Part shown: positions 1-2,509 of the stretch, piece after piece
How the letters are laid out: the number at the start of each line of letters is the position of its first letter
Position numbering within the stretch: the stretch's first letter is position 1
From: a virus
Length of the DNA stretch: 6,029 bases
IMG/VR virus record: IMGVR_UViG_3300045988_004635
Span: 1 to 6,029 of that record
Reading direction: 5' to 3' (one strand)
Translations under genes and position numbers: made by a program
Notes under the pieces: generated by a model
What the model was told of the DNA's origin: nothing
Seen by the model: the letters and a program-made list of their open reading frames with translations, nothing else
Database searches by the model: none

Positions 1-55
1 AAAGATGATGGAAGCTGAAAACCCACAAAGGTTGTGGAGAATTAAGCAGAACAGA
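1..55. repeat. Left copy of a 55-nt terminal direct repeat, identical to 5975-6029. This is the overlap of a circular contig; the unit genome is 5,974 nt.
   Basis: Base-by-base comparison: aaagatgatggaagctgaaaacccacaaaggttgtggagaattaagcagaacaga occurs at both ends. The rep reading frame is continuous across the junction. Confidence 0.95.
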
Positions 56-172
56 CAAGCAGCAGCAATAGAAGCAAACCGTAAAAAATACGAAAACGCA
101 GACTTTGCAGAGCAATGTAAGACAAAAGAAAGAGTAATCAAAAAGCAGATGAAAAAGAGAGGGACACTTTAA
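1..172 (+). CDS. VP4: Replication initiation protein (Microviridae VP4/Rep), C-terminal ~57 codons. It continues 5127..6029 across the circular junction. Stop is TAA at 170-172.
   Basis: Codons starting at position 2 read KMMEAENPQRLWRIKQNRQAAAIEANRKKYENADFAEQCKTKERVIKKQMKKRGTL*. The first 18 residues duplicate the end of the open frame at 5976-6029. Joined length is 1,020 nt (339 aa). Confidence 0.9.
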   Translation, partial: KMMEAENPQRLWRIKQNRQAAAIEANRKKYENADFAEQCKTKERVIKKQMKKRGTL

Positions 173-190
173 CAGTGTCATGGTGTCACC

Positions 191-224
191 TAGCCCAGTA
201 CCTATCAAGTAAGGTACTGGGCTA
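191..224 (+). other. Perfect hairpin with a 12-bp stem, TAGCCCAGTACC (191-202) pairing with GGTACTGGGCTA (213-224), and a 10-nt loop. It lies 19 nt after the rep stop. It may be a transcript-end or ssDNA structural element.
   Basis: All 12 pairs checked by hand; t203-a212 could add a 13th. There is no clean T-run after the stem (tattagatt), so it is not a textbook intrinsic terminator. Confidence 0.75.
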
Positions 225-283
225 TATTAGATTAAAAGCTCCATGTATCGCTTTATTCAGTCTATCAAATAGCTATGTCTTAT

Positions 284-326
284 CGCGCGTGCACGCGCGC
301 GCGAAGCGCGCACGCGCGCACGCGCG
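284..326. repeat. Alternating pyrimidine-purine CG-rich island with two tracts, 284-303 (20 nt) and 306-326 (21 nt). It contains a 16-bp perfect palindrome CGCGCGTGCACGCGCG (284-299), the 8-mer CACGCGCG three times (292-299, 311-318, 319-326) plus one inverted copy (284-291), and GCGAAGC at 301-307.
   Basis: Read directly from the sequence. The flanks are AT-rich, so the island stands out sharply. Confidence 0.9.
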
Positions 327-403
327 GCCTTTTCGGCGCTGTTGTTCGCAAGCTCACAAGCGCCGTATATTATATAACTTGTTGTAGCCGTAGTAGTAGA
401 GAC

Positions 404-412
404 TGTGGAAAA
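404..412 (-). promoter_or_regulatory. DnaA-box-like 9-mer TGTGGAAAA, the reverse complement of TTTTCCACA. It fits the relaxed consensus TTWTNCACA.
   Basis: Exact 9-mer, repeated at 541-549. Each copy is followed by a similar ..TG(T)TGAWAAC context. Confidence 0.35.
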
Positions 413-540
413 GTTGATAACAGTAAAAATTATCCGTTATCACGTTATTTTTAAGAGAAATCACTAGTTGAAAGTCTTGTTAAAAACTTGTTGAAATGTT
501 AAAAGTTAGTCAAAATGACGAAAATCGTTGTGCAACATTT

Positions 541-549
541 TGTGGAAAA
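541..549 (-). promoter_or_regulatory. Second DnaA-box-like 9-mer TGTGGAAAA, immediately upstream of the tandem iterons.
   Basis: Identical to 404-412 and fits TTWTNCACA on the - strand. Confidence 0.35.
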
Positions 550-550
550 C

Positions 551-577
551 CTGTTGAAACTGTTGAAACTGTTGAAA
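551..577. repeat. Three perfect tandem copies of the 9-bp unit CTGTTGAAA (551-559, 560-568, 569-577). This is an iteron-like array.
   Basis: Read directly. Degenerate copies lie upstream: TAGTTGAAA 465-473, TTGTTAAAA 477-485, TTGTTGAAA 488-496. CTGTTG also occurs at 339-344. Confidence 0.9.
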
Positions 578-718
578 ACGCGCAAGCGCGCAAGGAGTGG
601 ATTTAGCCGAGCTCCGCGTTCGCTGCGCACGGCAAGGCGCTAAAGCGCCATTCAAAACAAAGGAACAAAACCAGATTACAAGAGAAGGTTACAAATATAT
701 TACAAAACAACAAAACTA

Positions 719-747
719 TAGAAAATCCTATTGACAAGTGATATAAT
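719..747 (+). promoter_or_regulatory. Candidate sigma-70/sigma-A type promoter with an extended -10 element, driving the gene string that starts at 776.
   Basis: TATAAT at 742-747 is preceded by TG at 739-740 (TGaTATAAT). TAGAAA at 719-724 gives a 17-nt spacer (4/6 match to TTGACA). The Shine-Dalgarno at 761-767 follows 14 nt later. A perfect TTGACA at 731-736 is only 5 nt from the -10, so it cannot be its -35. Confidence 0.5.
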
Positions 748-775
748 AAAGTCAGAGAAGAAAGGAGCAAAACCT

Positions 776-1003
776 ATGAAAAAATTCTACGAAATCAGTT
801 TCTGGACTAAAAAAGGCGGTGAGCAAAAGTGGAAAATCCACATTGAAGCAAAAAACGCAAAGGAAGCAAAAGAAATTGCAACTCTTGAATGGGAAAACGA
901 CAATCGTCTAAACGGAATGCACCGATTCACTATCAATGTCAGAATCTTAAAAGACAATGAGGAATTTAAGTGGCACTATTTCACAAAAATAAAGGAGACT
1001 TGA
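776..1003 (+). CDS. Hypothetical protein, 75 aa (MKKFYEISFWTKKGGEQKWKIHIEAK...). No family recognised.
   Basis: ATG at 776 is preceded by AAAGGAG (761-767) with an 8-nt spacer. The track ORF start at 731 is a TTG that is really the TTGACA hexamer. The ORF is tightly packed against the next gene. Confidence 0.7.
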   Translation: MKKFYEISFWTKKGGEQKWKIHIEAKNAKEAKEIATLEWENDNRLNGMHRFTINVRILKDNEEFKWHYFTKIKET

Positions 1004-1008
1004 CAAAA

Positions 1009-1398
1009 ATGATTAAATGCTATATCATGGACACAGACGCAAACGAAAATGTTGGAAAACATTTCAAGGTAAAAGAATTTGCTTGCAAAGACGGCTCTCA
1101 GGTAGTTTTCATAGACGACTATTTAGTATCTATCCTTGACATACTCAGAAATCAAATCGGCAAACCGGTACACATAAACAGCGGATACCGGACGCCGGCA
1201 AGAAATAAAGCCGTAAACGGTGCGAAATACTCGTACCATATGCGAGGAATGGCAGCAGATATCCGGGTCAATGGCATGAGTGCCAAAGAGGTTGCCAACA
1301 AGCTGAATAAAATTGTCCCGGCAGAATGCGGTATCATCGTATACAGTACATGGGTACACATCGACACACGCAAAAAAAAATACAGAAAGGGGGTGTAA
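1009..1398 (+). CDS. Zinc peptidase of the M15 family (Peptidase_M15_3 / YcbK-DUF882-like D-Ala-D-Ala carboxypeptidase fold), 129 aa. Probable peptidoglycan hydrolase.
   Basis: Motifs read from the translation: HFKVKEFACKDG; INSGYRTPARN; SYHMRGMAADI (H-x6-D zinc ligands); WVHID (third ligand). ATG at 1009 follows AAAGGAG (991-997). The GTG at 970 in the track has no Shine-Dalgarno and overlaps the previous gene. Confidence 0.88.
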   Translation: MIKCYIMDTDANENVGKHFKVKEFACKDGSQVVFIDDYLVSILDILRNQIGKPVHINSGYRTPARNKAVNGAKYSYHMRGMAADIRVNGMSAKEVANKLNKIVPAECGIIVYSTWVHIDTRKKKYRKGV

Positions 1399-1400
1399 AA

Positions 1401-1505
1401 ATGGCACTGGTAAGTCTGAAAGACATTAAGCAGGCAATCGCAGTACTGCGGGAAATCCTCGAAAAGCTGGACGAAATCTACCACGCTCTGCACGACAAGA
1501 GCTGA
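1401..1505 (+). CDS. Small hypothetical protein, 34 aa (MALVSLKDIKQAIAVLREILEKLDEIYHALHDKS), predicted to be a single amphipathic helix.
   Basis: ATG at 1401 is 7 nt after AAGGGGG (1387-1393) and 2 nt after the peptidase stop. It fills an otherwise empty gap before the next Shine-Dalgarno. It is below the length cut-off of the ORF track. Confidence 0.4.
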   Translation: MALVSLKDIKQAIAVLREILEKLDEIYHALHDKS

Positions 1506-1520
1506 AAAAGGAGAACAGCA

Positions 1521-1745
1521 ATGATAAAACCATGGAATGTACGTGACCAGACCAAAGAAGCTCTTGAAGAGCTATTAAGACGTAAATACAAGGAGATAGA
1601 CGGCAACTTCAAAATACTGAAAAAAATCTCAAACATCAACGATGCAAAGAAGCTGTTAGACGAAATCTGGCAGATGAAGAGCTTTACGAACGCAATCGAG
1701 ATGGAGCTTATCAGAAGGGAGTATAACGATGGCACGACATCGTAA
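1521..1745 (+). CDS. Hypothetical protein, 74 aa, charged and helical (MIKPWNVRDQTKEALEELLRRKYKEIDG...).
   Basis: ATG at 1521 follows AAAGGAG (1507-1513) with a 7-nt spacer. It overlaps the next gene by 17 nt, which is typical microvirus packing. Confidence 0.7.
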   Translation: MIKPWNVRDQTKEALEELLRRKYKEIDGNFKILKKISNINDAKKLLDEIWQMKSFTNAIEMELIRREYNDGTTS

Positions 1746-1851
1746 GAGGATGAGCGGCGCAAAAGACCGCCGTATGTTCAACGTAACCGCACGCAAAACC
1801 AAGACTATCAACCTCAGCCAGAAGCCTATGCGCGGTGGAATCCGGCTGTAA
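1729..1851 (+). CDS. Small basic DNA-binding/packaging protein, 40 aa. It is the gokushovirus ORF8 type and the functional analogue of phiX174 protein J.
   Basis: Translation is MARHRKRMSGAKDRRMFNVTARKTKTINLSQKPMRGGIRL. It is Arg/Lys-rich and has the C-terminal MRGGIR[LF] signature I recall from Chlamydia-phage ORF8-like proteins. GGGAG at 1717-1721 lies 7 nt before the ATG. It is too short for the ORF track. Confidence 0.82.
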   Translation: MARHRKRMSGAKDRRMFNVTARKTKTINLSQKPMRGGIRL

Positions 1852-1869
1852 GAGAAAAGGAGCAAAACA

Positions 1870-2109
1870 ATGAAACACAACTACTACGGAATCTGGGACA
1901 GTGTAGCAAAATGTTACGCATGGGTTGGTGAGAGCAAGAACGATGCAACCTTTGCGCGTATGTGCAACGTGATGGCAAAGGACGAAAAAACCTTCATTGG
2001 GCAGAGCCCGCAGGACTACACCGGCTTTAAGCTGGCAGAATTCGAAGACGAGACGGGACTTTTCCAGAACTGGAAAGAAAAAGTATGGGAGGGCAAGCCG
2101 AATGAATAA
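1870..2109 (+). CDS. Conserved small non-structural protein of gokushovirus-like Microviridae, 79 aa.
   Basis: AAAGGAG (1856-1862) lies 7 nt before the ATG. The pattern YGIWDSVA..Y....KND..FAR.....KT.IG.SPQDY..F.L.EFEDETGLF resembles the family pattern (..I.D.KA..F...F...ND..A.R.F....PEDF.L..IG.FDD.TG) as I recall it. Confidence 0.78.
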   Translation: MKHNYYGIWDSVAKCYAWVGESKNDATFARMCNVMAKDEKTFIGQSPQDYTGFKLAEFEDETGLFQNWKEKVWEGKPNE

Positions 2110-2509
2110 ACGATACGAGGAAGGGCGAAAGCCCTTCTTTTCGGATGCAGGCGAAAACGAACGAAAGCAGTACGTCTGGGCAAAAGACGAAAACGGCGAA
2201 GAATACCTTCAAGAGACAGCATCTATCGACATTCAGGCTGAAATCGAAAGCTATGCAGACGAGTGTGATATTAAAAACATCGTGCGGAAAGCAAGTTTCG
2301 ACCCGGAATTTCTGAAAAGTCTATCACAAGGCGCAATAACCACAGAGGAAACGCCAATCACAGACATCACGGAATTTCCGCAGAATATCCACGAGTATCA
2401 CCAGATGATGGCAACGGCACAGGCAAAAGCCATGGAGCTGGCAAAGCTACAGGAGATGGCAAAAACAGAGCCTAAACCGAAAACCGAAGCAAAGGAGGAA
2501 GAACAGTGA
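2102..2509 (+). CDS. VP3: Internal scaffolding protein VP3, 135 aa.
   Basis: ATG at 2102 is 9 nt after GGAGG (2088-2092) and overlaps the previous stop (ATGAATAA). It contains the ECDIKNIVRK motif typical of gokushovirus VP3 (..ECDI.NI..) and has an acidic/Lys-rich tail. The 35-codon upstream extension in the track (from 1997) has no Shine-Dalgarno and lies inside the previous gene. Confidence 0.8.
   Translation: MNKRYEEGRKPFFSDAGENERKQYVWAKDENGEEYLQETASIDIQAEIESYADECDIKNIVRKASFDPEFLKSLSQGAITTEETPITDITEFPQNIHEYHQMMATAQAKAMELAKLQEMAKTEPKPKTEAKEEEQ

Noticed and set aside
1-55. Terminal repeats considered as biological LTR/ITR or cos-type ends
   Set aside because: They are direct, exactly 55 nt, and interrupt the rep ORF, which reads through seamlessly when circularised. 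This is the signature of a circular contig reported with its assembly overlap.
175-387. 70-aa + strand ORF (MSWCHLAQYLSS...RVHARAKRARAHARP...) in the non-coding block
   Set aside because: It has a GTG start with no Shine-Dalgarno. It runs through the 12-bp hairpin, and its Arg/Ala/His repeat is simply the translation of the alternating CG tract. It ends in a run of TAG codons. It looks like a by-product of structured DNA.
391-399. TAGTAGTAG triple stop run (plus TAG at 385-387)
   Set aside because: It is probably incidental. It merely closes one frame in a region with no credible incoming translation.
551-577. Tandem repeat considered as a CRISPR array or minisatellite
   Set aside because: The units are 9 bp with no spacers, which is far too short for CRISPR repeats, and there are no cas genes. 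I interpret it as an iteron or binding-site array instead.
597-734. 45-codon frame following the orphan AAGGAG at 592-597
   Set aside because: The only possible start is a GTG overlapping the Shine-Dalgarno itself (zero spacing). The frame is closed by TGA at 573-575 upstream, and there is no ATG.
731-775. Upstream alternative starts given by the track (TTG at 731 for the 75-aa ORF; likewise GTG at 970 for the peptidase)
   Set aside because: TTG 731 is the first base of a TTGACA promoter-like hexamer. Neither start has a Shine-Dalgarno, whereas the internal ATGs (776, 1009) each follow AAAGGAG.
1123-1880. Four overlapping - strand ORFs (94, 113, 94 and 74 aa); also 2016-2222, 2472-2726, 2961-3466, 4048-4236, 4689-4934 and 5135-5335 on the - strand
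   Set aside because: All are antisense to well-supported + strand genes. Their translations are Leu/Phe/Ser-rich, as expected from the complement of an A-rich strand. None has a Shine-Dalgarno. Microviridae transcribe one strand only.
1997-2101. N-terminal extension of VP3 in the ORF track (start at 1997, 170 aa)
   Set aside because: It has no Shine-Dalgarno, lies wholly inside the 79-aa gene in another frame, and gives an Arg-rich translation typical of an off-frame read. The ATG at 2102 has GGAGG at the right distance.
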